A DNA stretch of 64,000 nucleotides from a virus. Taxonomy: Duplodnaviria; Caudoviricetes. Under the pieces are notes generated by a model. It saw only the letters and a list, made by a program, of their open reading frames with translations. It was not told where the DNA came from and searched no databases. The DNA is taken from positions 4,935 to 68,934 of the IMG/VR virus record IMGVR_UViG_3300033068_001172. One strand, given 5' to 3'. This document shows, one piece after another, positions 37,320 to 45,262 of the stretch. A program made the translations under genes and the position numbers. How positions within the stretch are numbered: the first letter of the stretch is position 1; the number at the start of each line of letters is the position of its first letter.

Positions 37320-38055
37320 TTATTGGATCTCGCTCAACTGCTCCAGCTCTGCTTCCGTGAAGAAGGCCCGCAGGCGCTTGGCGAACGCGGAGCAGCGGCG
37401 GAACATTTGCAGGGCTTTGATGCTGTCTTGGCTGTCCCCATACTCGGAGCACCAGTCCGCGAACGTGGCGGGGGGTGTACGCGTCGCCGCTGATGCAGGC
37501 GAGCACGTCGTACGGTTTGACGGTCTGAATGTCCTTCTCCGCGTCTGCGATGCTGCCCCAGAAGTCGAACGTGAGACGGGTTGAACCTGGCGCAGAGCAA
37601 AGCCTTTCACCTGTTTGAGGGGCTGGGGGTTTGCTGAGCGTCACCCGGTAATGGTGACCATGTTTGCCGTTGTCACTCCATGCCGGGGTTTTGCTGTCGC
37701 TGAGCGTGGCGCGGAACTTGATCCCGTTGGACGTGAGGAAGGTTTCGGCCTGATCATTGTAGAACGAACGGGCGGGGTATCGAGTGCAATACTCTTGTAC
37801 TCTTGAAACCATACCCTCTCCTGCCTGCTTCAAGTGCAGGTGTTCGTGCCAGTCTGCCAGCACTTCCACCTCGGAGTCTTCTGAGTATGCCTTCGCGATA
37901 CTGTCGATGCACTGACCGCTTGAGCCGTCATAATGACCGCTGGCGGTGAACTCGGCATACCCGTTGCGGTAGTTGATGCCAAAGTCAATTTGTGCCTTGC
38001 CGTCCGGGGTTTTGTAGGAGCCGGAGATGTCTTGTGCTGCCTGTGTCGTTTTCAT
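37320..38055 (-). CDS. Hypothetical early protein interrupted by a +1 frameshift in a C6 tract (244 aa if joined)
   Basis: Frame 1 ...YDVLACISGDAYTP continues as ATFADWCSEYGDSQDSIKALQMF only if one C of the run at 37470-37475 is skipped. Confidence 0.6.
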
Positions 38056-38177
38056 ATGTTTTGCTTTTGACGTTTTGAGCGGGTGTCGCCCCCGTTGGTT
38101 TCTGTCTCTGTCGGCCAGCGTTCACCGCTGGAAATTCTGCCGGTTTATGGGGAGAGCCGGAGTCCCTGTGTCTTTTC

Positions 38178-38663
38178 CTATTCCTGAGCCACGAGCCCGG
38201 CCAATTCGTTCACCGCCTCCACCTGTCCGGCCACATGCTGAGCGATAGCTTGCTCCACATTGGCGAGATATTCACGGCTGGCCTGCTCTGCGTGTGCTGC
38301 ATAATCATCCGCCGCCTTGATAGCTGCCACCAGCTGAGCCGGTGTAACCGCTTGCAGCACCATCGGAGCCCGGTGGAAGATATAGGACCGTCCCCCGAAT
38401 TGGTTTTCCTCTGCCCTGCGGGCGCTCTGCGATGATGGCAGGCAGTCGCCATGTAGCACGTCGTACAGAGCGTCTGGGATGCCCGGCACTGGAGGCAAAG
38501 CTGGCATGGTCACATCGTGCGGCACGTTGACGGGGGCTCCGTCGTGCCGGTAGCGTGTTTTTGTGGCTGCATTGGAGGCTGCTACAAACCGTTTGTCCGC
38601 TTTGGCAAGACGGTTTGCCACTTGGTCGGGGGTGATTTTGCTGATTTTTTCGTATGTGTTCAT
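38178..38663 (-). CDS. Hypothetical early protein
   Basis: MNTYEKISK..., 161 aa; preceded by the repeated leader module. Confidence 0.6.
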   Translation of the reverse strand: MNTYEKISKITPDQVANRLAKADKRFVAASNAATKTRYRHDGAPVNVPHDVTMPALPPVPGIPDALYDVLHGDCLPSSQSARRAEENQFGGRSYIFHRAPMVLQAVTPAQLVAAIKAADDYAAHAEQASREYLANVEQAIAQHVAGQVEAVNELAGLVAQE

Positions 38664-38700
38664 ATTCTGCTTTCCTGTTTTTGTGGTTTTGCTTGTGCTC

Positions 38701-38832
38701 CTAACACCAGCGTTCACCGCTGGAAATTGTTTTAACGTACCCGTTGCGGTACGTAATACCGAAGTCAATCTGCGCTTTGCCGTCCGGGGTTTTGTAGGAG
38801 CCGGATATGTCTTCTGTGTTTGTCGTTTTCAT
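38701..38832 (-). pseudogene. Truncated duplicate (43 codons) of the 5' end of the 38055 gene
   Basis: MKTTNTEDISGSYKTPDGKAQIDFGITYRNGY vs MKTTQAAQDISGSYKTPDGKAQIDFGINYRNGY; upstream DNA is also duplicated. Confidence 0.7.
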
Positions 38833-38892
38833 GTTTTGCTTTTGACGTTTTGAGCGGGTGTCGCCCCCGGTTTGTTTTCTGCTAACGGAAAG

Positions 38893-38920
38893 AGTATAGG
38901 CTGAATCTAAACAGTGTCAA
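38893..38920 (-). promoter_or_regulatory. Sigma70-like early promoter
   Basis: TTGACA-16 nt-TATACT. Confidence 0.75.
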
Positions 38921-39042
38921 GAGTTAATGCGCGTACCCAAGCACCACGGACAGAAAGGCCAGGGCGAACAGGAGCACGATTGCAAACTGGACAAGGGCGG
39001 ACGGCTCGCCGGGGTTTTTTTTTGTCGAAGGTGTTCATGGCG

Positions 39043-39258
39043 TTAGTTTTTGCGGTATCCGTTTGCAAGAAGAGGCTCGCCGTTGTGCGGCACATCCGCA
39101 GGCCAGGGGTGAAGCTGCCAGGTGGTGAACTCGGTTGTGCATGCCTGCATGAAGTTGCAGGCTGCCGCGTGGTTCATGGGGCGCAGGTCGTAGCGTGGCG
39201 GGAGTTTGCGCGTGATTCCTGCGCAGGTTGTTGTAGCGGTGACGGCGAAGAGCTTCAT
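39043..39258 (-). CDS. Hypothetical early protein
   Basis: MKLFAVTATT..., 71 aa. Confidence 0.5.
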   Translation of the reverse strand: MKLFAVTATTTCAGITRKLPPRYDLRPMNHAAACNFMQACTTEFTTWQLHPWPADVPHNGEPLLANGYRKN

Positions 39259-39464
39259 AGTTTCGCTGGGTGTTCCTTGTTCTCCGGCGCGGTCATGTCG
39301 AGGAACGCGCCATTGGTTGGATTGCAGGGAAACCACTCCCCGGTCTGGTGATTCTGGCGCTCGGCATAGGCCGCACCATGGTTTGCGAGCGCCGACCGGA
39401 GCAGGGTCATGCTTGAGAAGCTGGCGCTGACCTGCCCCTGGTTGTAGTTGATTCGGGTTGTCAT
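39255..39464 (-). CDS. Hypothetical early protein
   Basis: 69 aa; ATGA overlap. Confidence 0.55.
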   Translation of the reverse strand: MTTRINYNQGQVSASFSSMTLLRSALANHGAAYAERQNHQTGEWFPCNPTNGAFLDMTAPENKEHPAKL

Positions 39465-39490
39465 GGTGTTAGTTTTGAGGGTGCGGGGTT

Positions 39491-39748
39491 TTAGTTGAAA
39501 TGCATGGCCTTTGCGCGTTCGCGGTGCTGCGGGTTTGCCGTCAGGAAAAGCTCAATCTCGGCGGCCAGTTTGTCGATATGAGCTTGATACACGACGTACG
39601 GCGGCCCAAATGAAGCCTGCGCACGTTTGGTGCGTGTCCATTCGCGGATTTTATCGAATGCGGGTTTGAAGCTAGTCGGAATCCATTCGTCCGCGTAATC
39701 GGTGGGAGCAGAAATCATGGTCTCGTTTGTGTAGGGGCAGGTTTTCAT
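39491..39748 (-). CDS. Hypothetical early protein
   Basis: 85 aa. Confidence 0.55.
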   Translation of the reverse strand: MKTCPYTNETMISAPTDYADEWIPTSFKPAFDKIREWTRTKRAQASFGPPYVVYQAHIDKLAAEIELFLTANPQHRERAKAMHFN

Positions 39749-39822
39749 AATGTCTGATTGTAGGTTTAAATATTCGGTAGTGGGTCAGTTTGAAATTCCG
39801 GTTTCATGATGTGAATTTGGAT

Positions 39823-40014
39823 TCATGGCTTCTTTTTCTTTGGCTTTTTTGCGAGGCTTGAAATGATCCATGCATGTGTCCATACCGGGGGCGTGCGGCG
39901 GTCTGCTAGCCATTCCTCCACGGTGCGCACGCTCAACTCTGGCGAGACCGCCTCGGCAACCTCTCTCGCGGAGAGGTTGCCTTTTGAGGCGCGGAGGTCG
40001 TTGGCGAAGCTCAT
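39823..40014 (-). CDS. Small HTH protein
   Basis: LSAREVAEAVSPELSVRTVEEW...PPVW. Confidence 0.7.
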   Translation of the reverse strand: MSFANDLRASKGNLSAREVAEAVSPELSVRTVEEWLADRRTPPVWTHAWIISSLAKKPKKKKP

Positions 40015-40213
40015 GATTTCTCCTGCTGGCAGTGGTCACACAGGGTGAGTTTGCCTTTCTCTGGGCCGTCCGTTACGCCATTGCATCCATCTTTCCAGTT
40101 GGCGCATAGCGTTGTTGGCTCAGCGCCGTCTGCTTGTGTGCCTTCGAGTTCTTTGGCTGAGGGGATTTGAGTTGTCATGTTTTCAATTGGTTTGTTGTTT
40201 CTCTGACATGAGG

Positions 40214-40241
40214 ATTATACGTCAATGCCGTATAAAGGCAA
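40214..40241 (-). promoter_or_regulatory. Sigma70-like promoter
   Basis: TTGCCT-16 nt-TATAAT. Confidence 0.6.
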
Positions 40242-40371
40242 GGACGATTTTAATTTATTTTCAAACTGACCCACTACCAAATATTCACAGTGTCAAGGTT
40301 TGTCTTTTCAGATTCTCACTTCCGCCCCGCTCTCGTTTTGAGGCGGGGCAGGGTTTGAGCGTCAAACCGGG

Positions 40372-40707
40372 TCAAAGCTCCCAAAGTCTGCCGCGATGCA
40401 CTACAAGCAGACTCTGACGCATTGCCTGCAAGGCTGGCAGGGTTTCCCGCGGTGCGTCAACGTGTGCAAAGCTTTTGCCGCTGGCGATGTGCCGCCAGCC
40501 GATTGAGCGCGCCCGGTACGTGATTGCGTTTGCCGTGTTCACGTAGTTAAAGCAGGAATCCTTTTCGATCTTGTAGCCGATTGCGGCGGCGCGGTTCACA
40601 AGCTCCGCCGGCGTGACCTGCTCACAACCAGCGGCGATGTAGCGCGCCACTTCAAGCGCGGTTTCTTGATTGAGATACGAAGCTGGAAAATCTTTGTCGG
40701 TTTTCAT
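40372..40707 (-). CDS. Hypothetical early protein
   Basis: MKTDKDFPA..., 111 aa. Confidence 0.55.
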   Translation of the reverse strand: MKTDKDFPASYLNQETALEVARYIAAGCEQVTPAELVNRAAAIGYKIEKDSCFNYVNTANAITYRARSIGWRHIASGKSFAHVDAPRETLPALQAMRQSLLVVHRGRLWEL

Positions 40708-40711
40708 GAGG

Positions 40712-40972
40712 TTAACTGATTTGAAGAGGGATTGAGCGGAGCATGTACTTTTTCGCCAGTCGCACGAATGCTGCTTTCCTGGGAAGCATGGCGGCGGTTG
40801 AGGCAAAGCGCGTGATTTCGCCATTCTTGAACGTGCCGTGCATGTGAGCGGTGAAGCGCGCCCCGTCACGTTTGCAGATTTCAAAGCAGAACTCGCGCAC
40901 GCCGTCGGCGATGTAATCGAGTCCTACGATAGGGACGGTTTTAGCCAGTTGTTTTTGCAGTTCTGTTTTCAT
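40712..40972 (-). CDS. Hypothetical early protein
   Basis: 86 aa. Confidence 0.55.
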   Translation of the reverse strand: MKTELQKQLAKTVPIVGLDYIADGVREFCFEICKRDGARFTAHMHGTFKNGEITRFASTAAMLPRKAAFVRLAKKYMLRSIPLQIS

Positions 40973-41004
40973 ATCAGTTTATGGTATGCGGTTTGTCTTT
41001 TGCG

Positions 41005-41051
41005 GAAAGGTGCCGGTTTGTGGATTGCCGGGATCCGTTTGGGGTTTTAGC
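41005..41051. repeat. 47-bp exact direct repeat, copy 1
   Basis: GAAAGGTGCCGGTTTGTGGATTGCCGGGATCCGTTTGGGGTTTTAGC, also at 41654-41700. Confidence 0.9.
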
Positions 41052-41610
41052 TGGACAGACTGAAGTAGATCTCACCTGCTTCCGTCTTGAAGAGGTTGGA
41101 GGAACACTGTCCCGCTTCGCAGCGATTTTTGTATTCCTGCCAGTCAATTTCGTCCAGCGAGTCTGCCCGTTTTGTCCGGTTGTGCCCGACAACCTCGTCA
41201 CTCGCGACTTTGTACGCTTCGTGGCGGGAATTGTGCGGCCCATCTTCCATGCCGTTTGCTTTATCCGCCGGCGTCTGGAAGTACCAGTAGCCGGGATGGC
41301 GCTCCTCAAACTCGATTCCTTCGAGCCGGGCCGGGCATTCCCGAACGTCGCCAGCGATCCATTGAAGGAAAAGAGCGTTGATCTCTTGTGCGCTCCATGC
41401 TGCAATTTCTTCCCGAGTCCAGCCGCCGGAGCTTTTGGCGAAATCGCGCATGGCTTCCAGCTTTTCTTCCGTGTCCAGCAAGACGGTTTCCTTTGCTGCT
41501 TCAAGAGAAGCGCGCCAGGTTTCCGGCCCTGCATTCTGACCGCCTTCAGCCCGAGAATGTGAACGCTTGAACTGGTTAACAGCCATGAGTGAAGTGATAT
41601 TGATTTCCAT
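41047..41610 (-). CDS. Hypothetical early protein flanked by the 47-bp repeats
   Basis: MEINITSL..., 187 aa. Confidence 0.65.
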   Translation of the reverse strand: MEINITSLMAVNQFKRSHSRAEGGQNAGPETWRASLEAAKETVLLDTEEKLEAMRDFAKSSGGWTREEIAAWSAQEINALFLQWIAGDVRECPARLEGIEFEERHPGYWYFQTPADKANGMEDGPHNSRHEAYKVASDEVVGHNRTKRADSLDEIDWQEYKNRCEAGQCSSNLFKTEAGEIYFSLSS

Positions 41611-41653
41611 ATTATTAAGGTTTGCGTGTTTTGTCTTGAGCGTCTGCCGCTCT

Positions 41654-41700
41654 GAAAGGTGCCGGTTTGTGGATTGCCGGGATCCGTTTGGGGTTTTAGC
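41654..41700. repeat. 47-bp exact direct repeat, copy 2
   Basis: Identical to 41005-41051. Confidence 0.9.
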
Positions 41701-41956
41701 AGCGATTAAAGCGCGCACCCATTTTTGGGCCGGTTGCCACTTCAAGGTCAGGATACATATCCGTCACGTCTTCATGTGTGCCGCGCCAGACAAGCAGGCT
41801 TGCCTGGCACTCATCACTGCCGACTCGTGAATGCGTATCCTGCCAGCGCTCCAAGGCGTTGCGCAGTTGACGCTTGCTGGTGGCGTGCTGCACGTCAGTA
41901 CCTTCAGGACTGCTAAAAGAGCCGCTTTCGCTCATTGTCTGATATGTGTAGTTCAT
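41696..41956 (-). CDS. Hypothetical early protein (first gene of the leftward operon)
   Basis: 86 aa with ATG start. Confidence 0.6.
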   Translation of the reverse strand: MNYTYQTMSESGSFSSPEGTDVQHATSKRQLRNALERWQDTHSRVGSDECQASLLVWRGTHEDVTDMYPDLEVATGPKMGARFNRC

Positions 41957-42246
41957 AAGTGTGTGAGTTGGTTAACGTTTGAACCTTAACAGTGCTTTCG
42001 TTGATTCGTCAAATACATATTTTATATATTTCTTCTTTGGGGTTGAGGGGTGGAGGGTTGAAACTCACAAGAGTTTATAATTATAAGCATTTACAAGAGA
42101 GTGAGTCTTGTAAAAGTACTGTACTACTCTGTCATAAGGAAAATGTTTTTCGAGTAAAAGGTATATAATACCACAGAATATGGTGCTAAAGCTAAGAGCA
42201 GTTGCCTCTTTTTACTGGACAGAATTAGAAGGGATGAATTTAACTC

Positions 42247-42275
42247 TTGCAAGAGGTGTATAAAAGGTGCATAAT
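42247..42275 (+). promoter_or_regulatory. Sigma70-like promoter overlapped by a palindrome
   Basis: TTGCAA-17 nt-CATAAT; the -35 sits in the 12-bp palindrome CTCTTGCAAGAG. Confidence 0.55.
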
Positions 42276-42284
42276 ACTTACGCT

Positions 42285-43010
42285 ATGAAAATTATACGCC
42301 TTACCATATATGATCCCACTCACATTCGCCTCAGCAAAGCTCTTTTGCCTGCGGGGATGAATCTAACCCGCTGGATTAATCAAGCCATGTGCGAAAAGCT
42401 TGATCGCGATTGCCCCTCAACCATTGGTTTGATTGCCTCCAGCGCGGAGAAACTGGAGCCGGAGCGACAGCCTATCGACCCGCAGGCCATCCTGGCGGAA
42501 ATGAAGAAACAGGATGCGGAGAAAAACCGGCCCGACTTTGGGCCGTACGTGGCTCGATACAAGGACAGCCATCCCAGCGACTACGCTATCGCTTTGGCGA
42601 ATCACAAGCGAAATGGCAAAACCGGCGATTCTTTGGGGATTGAAGGAGAGCTAGAAAAATGGATGAAGCAAGATTCACGGCTGGCGTTAAGTGAGGAAGA
42701 GAAGCGCGAAATTATGGCGGAGCATGGCAGGAAGCAGGCGGAGCAGGTGCAAGCGGCTGCCGCCGTAGATCCTGATGCCATCCCCGACCATGTGAAGGGG
42801 CATCCCCTGCTCTATCAGGAGTGGCGCGACAAACGTGACGCGGAGCTTGCAGGCATCAAGGTGCCGGAGGTTTCGCCCACTGGTGAGTTGTCGGACACTG
42901 CGGAGTACCTGGAACTGTGCAAGCCGGTAAAGACTGCCAAGCCGGCAGAGGATGAGGAGGATTCATTTTGGGGAGGGTACGACAAGATCAAGAGTGCAGC
43001 GCGCAAATAA
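42285..43010 (+). CDS. Hypothetical protein, possible ribbon-helix-helix N-terminus
   Basis: MKIIRLTIYD...MNLTRWINQAMCEKL; near-terminal EDEEDSFWGG. Confidence 0.65.
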   Translation: MKIIRLTIYDPTHIRLSKALLPAGMNLTRWINQAMCEKLDRDCPSTIGLIASSAEKLEPERQPIDPQAILAEMKKQDAEKNRPDFGPYVARYKDSHPSDYAIALANHKRNGKTGDSLGIEGELEKWMKQDSRLALSEEEKREIMAEHGRKQAEQVQAAAAVDPDAIPDHVKGHPLLYQEWRDKRDAELAGIKVPEVSPTGELSDTAEYLELCKPVKTAKPAEDEEDSFWGGYDKIKSAARK

Positions 43011-43031
43011 TGGCACGCTGGCGAGTGATTA

Positions 43032-43062
43032 GGGGCTGCACGTTAACCCGTGCAGCCCCTTT
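43032..43062 (+). terminator. Intrinsic terminator
   Basis: GGGGCTGCAC-8 nt-GTGCAGCCCC-TTT. Confidence 0.7.
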
Positions 43063-43268
43063 CGTGTATAAAATATATACATTAGGGGGTTGCCACTGAG
43101 TACCCAGCTCACGGCATCAAGGTCAAAGTCGGCAATGGTTCTTTCCGCGATCGCGTGGAACTGAATCAAAAGCTACGCTCTCAACTCTTCCCCACCATGA
43201 CAACGGGGCAGCGTAAAGGCTACTGGCTCGTTACGTTCGTATTCTAGCTCCCGGCCTGCCAGCCGATT

Positions 43269-43303
43269 AAAGCCGCTGCTCTCACAAGGGGCGGCGGCTT
43301 TTT
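43269..43303. terminator. Bidirectional terminator-like hairpin
   Basis: AAAGCCGCTGCTCT-CACA-AGGGGCGGCGGCTTTTT. Confidence 0.55.
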
Positions 43304-43351
43304 CGTGCCTGCGTGAATCGCGGCATGGCAGCCATGCACTCAAACGACAAG

Positions 43352-43381
43352 TTGACACTTTGGGGCTGGTGCGGGTATTCT
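43352..43381 (+). promoter_or_regulatory. Possible sigma70-like promoter
   Basis: TTGACA-18 nt-TATTCT, 11 nt before the ATG at 43393. Confidence 0.4.
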
Positions 43382-43392
43382 GCCGTCACATT

Positions 43393-43938
43393 ATGGCCTA
43401 TCCACAAGCAACTGAGCACTGGCAAGAAATCCAGAACCTAGCCGAGCAAGGCGTAGATGTGTCCACACTGAGCGAGAAGTTTGGGGTGAAGGAGAAAACT
43501 ATATATGATAGATCGGCTCGTGAAGACTGGCAAACCCCTCTCAGGGTTAAGGCGAAACTAAAGACTTTGTCGGACAAAGCCCGAATTGACCGCTCTAACC
43601 CGCTTTTCGGGGGCAGGACGCCTTCCGAATTTTCCGATTCTGTCTTGCTTGAAACCTGGGAAACCCGTGCCGCAGACCTGCGTAACCTGTCATACTCTGT
43701 TGCAGTTGAGGCCATTAAGTCTGCCAAGGGTCAAATCGTGCTAGAGTCTGCCGGCGATCTCAAACACGCCGTACACGTTGCCAGGCAAGCCACTGGCCTC
43801 CTGGACACTGACGCGCCTCAAATCCAGCTCTCGCTGTTCGGGAATGGGGACATTTGCGGCCCCGCGATTATGGAGAATGACAGTCAACCAGTGATAGAGT
43901 TACAGCAGGATCAAGAGCTTGATGGGTTTTGGGGGTAA
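43393..43938 (+). CDS. Putative terminase small subunit
   Basis: N-terminal HTH (HWQEIQNLAEQGVDVSTLSEKFGVKEKTIYDRSAREDW) followed by helices. Ends DQELDGFWG. Confidence 0.6.
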   Translation: MAYPQATEHWQEIQNLAEQGVDVSTLSEKFGVKEKTIYDRSAREDWQTPLRVKAKLKTLSDKARIDRSNPLFGGRTPSEFSDSVLLETWETRAADLRNLSYSVAVEAIKSAKGQIVLESAGDLKHAVHVARQATGLLDTDAPQIQLSLFGNGDICGPAIMENDSQPVIELQQDQELDGFWG

Positions 43939-44444
43939 TTGTGGTGGCTCGGAGAATGTGACGGCGCGACAAGGGAAAAAAGGTACGTACTACTGAGCTA
44001 GTTGGTAGTTTCATGGTATGCCGTGCCATGAGAGTGGATCAGTCAGGCCGGCAAGCTGATGCTGGTGCCGGGTGGTGGCGTGCTGCACTGGTGCTGAGGC
44101 GACGTGCACACGTGCTGCGGGGTGACGGCAGCAGGGACGGCGGCGCGGGTGCCGTCCGAGGGGTTGACGCGATCCTCCCTCACGCTCTCTAGGGGCGTAC
44201 GTGAAATCACCTCAAAAATTATACTCTACTTCTGAATATCAACTGTTAAGTTTCAAACCTTAACTCCCAGACGCCGGCATGGGTGTATCAGCCACTGGGA
44301 CCCTTCGACCTCGACCCGTGCGCCGGGAAGGCTGCGGAAATCGCAAAGACGAACCACCGGCGCAGCCCCACTCCCCAAAAATTTCACACCACTCCGGAAA
44401 CTCGACTGTTGACATTCACGTAACACCGTGACAAGAGTGGATCT

Positions 44445-44789
44445 ATGGACACTCCACTCGAACCAGCACCAAAACTATATCGCTACCACAGCTACCGGGT
44501 GGCCACAGGTATGAGCTACGACGGTGAGTACGCTGGCAGCCAAGCAGCGGCGTATTTGCAGGAGTTCAAAGTGATTAAGACCACCAAGCAGGGCCGGCGT
44601 ATTGACATAGGTGGAAGCTCCTTTCACCCAGACACAAGGTGGGTGTCCAACACCTCTCGCAAACGCTACGCTCACCCCACCAAAGCAGAAGCTTGGACAT
44701 CCTTCCTTGCACGGAAACGTCGGCAGGTGTCAATCCTGAAAGCTCAACTGAGAAACGCAGAAGAAGCCCTCACTCTGAAACAGCCATGA
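44445..44789 (+). CDS. Hypothetical protein
   Basis: 114 aa. Confidence 0.65.
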   Translation: MDTPLEPAPKLYRYHSYRVATGMSYDGEYAGSQAAAYLQEFKVIKTTKQGRRIDIGGSSFHPDTRWVSNTSRKRYAHPTKAEAWTSFLARKRRQVSILKAQLRNAEEALTLKQP

Positions 44790-45262
44790 ACGACGCCACC
44801 CCACCCGCGCCACGCCGCCACCCCGTCACCGACCAGCCCCGCCGCAACCGCACCAGCTTCAAGGATCTGACGGGCCGCACGTTTGGCCGCTGGTCTGTCC
44901 TTGCCGAGGTGCCCAAGACGCGCCCAGGCCAGACTCTGTGGCAATGCCGGTGCTCCTGCGGCACGGAGAAGACCGTGCTCTACGGCAGCCTCATGGACGG
45001 AGACAGCAGGTCGTGCGGCTGCCTGAAGGTCGAGAAGCTCGCCGCCGTGACCAAGCCGCTGCATGAGAGGCACAGCCGCAGCAACCCGACATGGCGGAGC
45101 TGGAGCAACCGCCGTCACCAGATGCCGCTCGAATGGCTCAGCAACTTCGACCAGTTTCTCAAGGACATGGGGCCGCGTCCCGAGGGTGCCCGGCTGCACT
45201 CACGCGATGGCCGCCGCTGGGACAAGGAGAACTGCGAGTGGAGGGTCACGGCAAAACCATGA
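44786..45262 (+). CDS. HNH homing-endonuclease-like protein, possibly degenerate
   Basis: DLTGRTFGRW...CRCSCG...SRSCGC...FDQFLKDMGPRP...ENCEW. The expected DRID..GY segment is not intact. Confidence 0.7.
   Translation: MNDATPPAPRRHPVTDQPRRNRTSFKDLTGRTFGRWSVLAEVPKTRPGQTLWQCRCSCGTEKTVLYGSLMDGDSRSCGCLKVEKLAAVTKPLHERHSRSNPTWRSWSNRRHQMPLEWLSNFDQFLKDMGPRPEGARLHSRDGRRWDKENCEWRVTAKP

Noticed and set aside
36880-38055. The 391-aa ORF as a single protein
   Set aside because: Its middle reads through a hairpin and a repeated leader. It is better explained as a frameshifted gene plus a separate gene starting at 37206.
36700-41700. CRISPR array or mini-array
   Set aside because: The repeats are few, irregularly spaced and separated by whole genes. 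The Cas4-like gene is the usual DUF2800 replication-module nuclease.
43063-43268. Possible small RNA or small ORF between two terminators
   Set aside because: Only short stems (GCC/GGC, TGAG/CTCA) and a poorly supported minus-strand ORF; not enough evidence.
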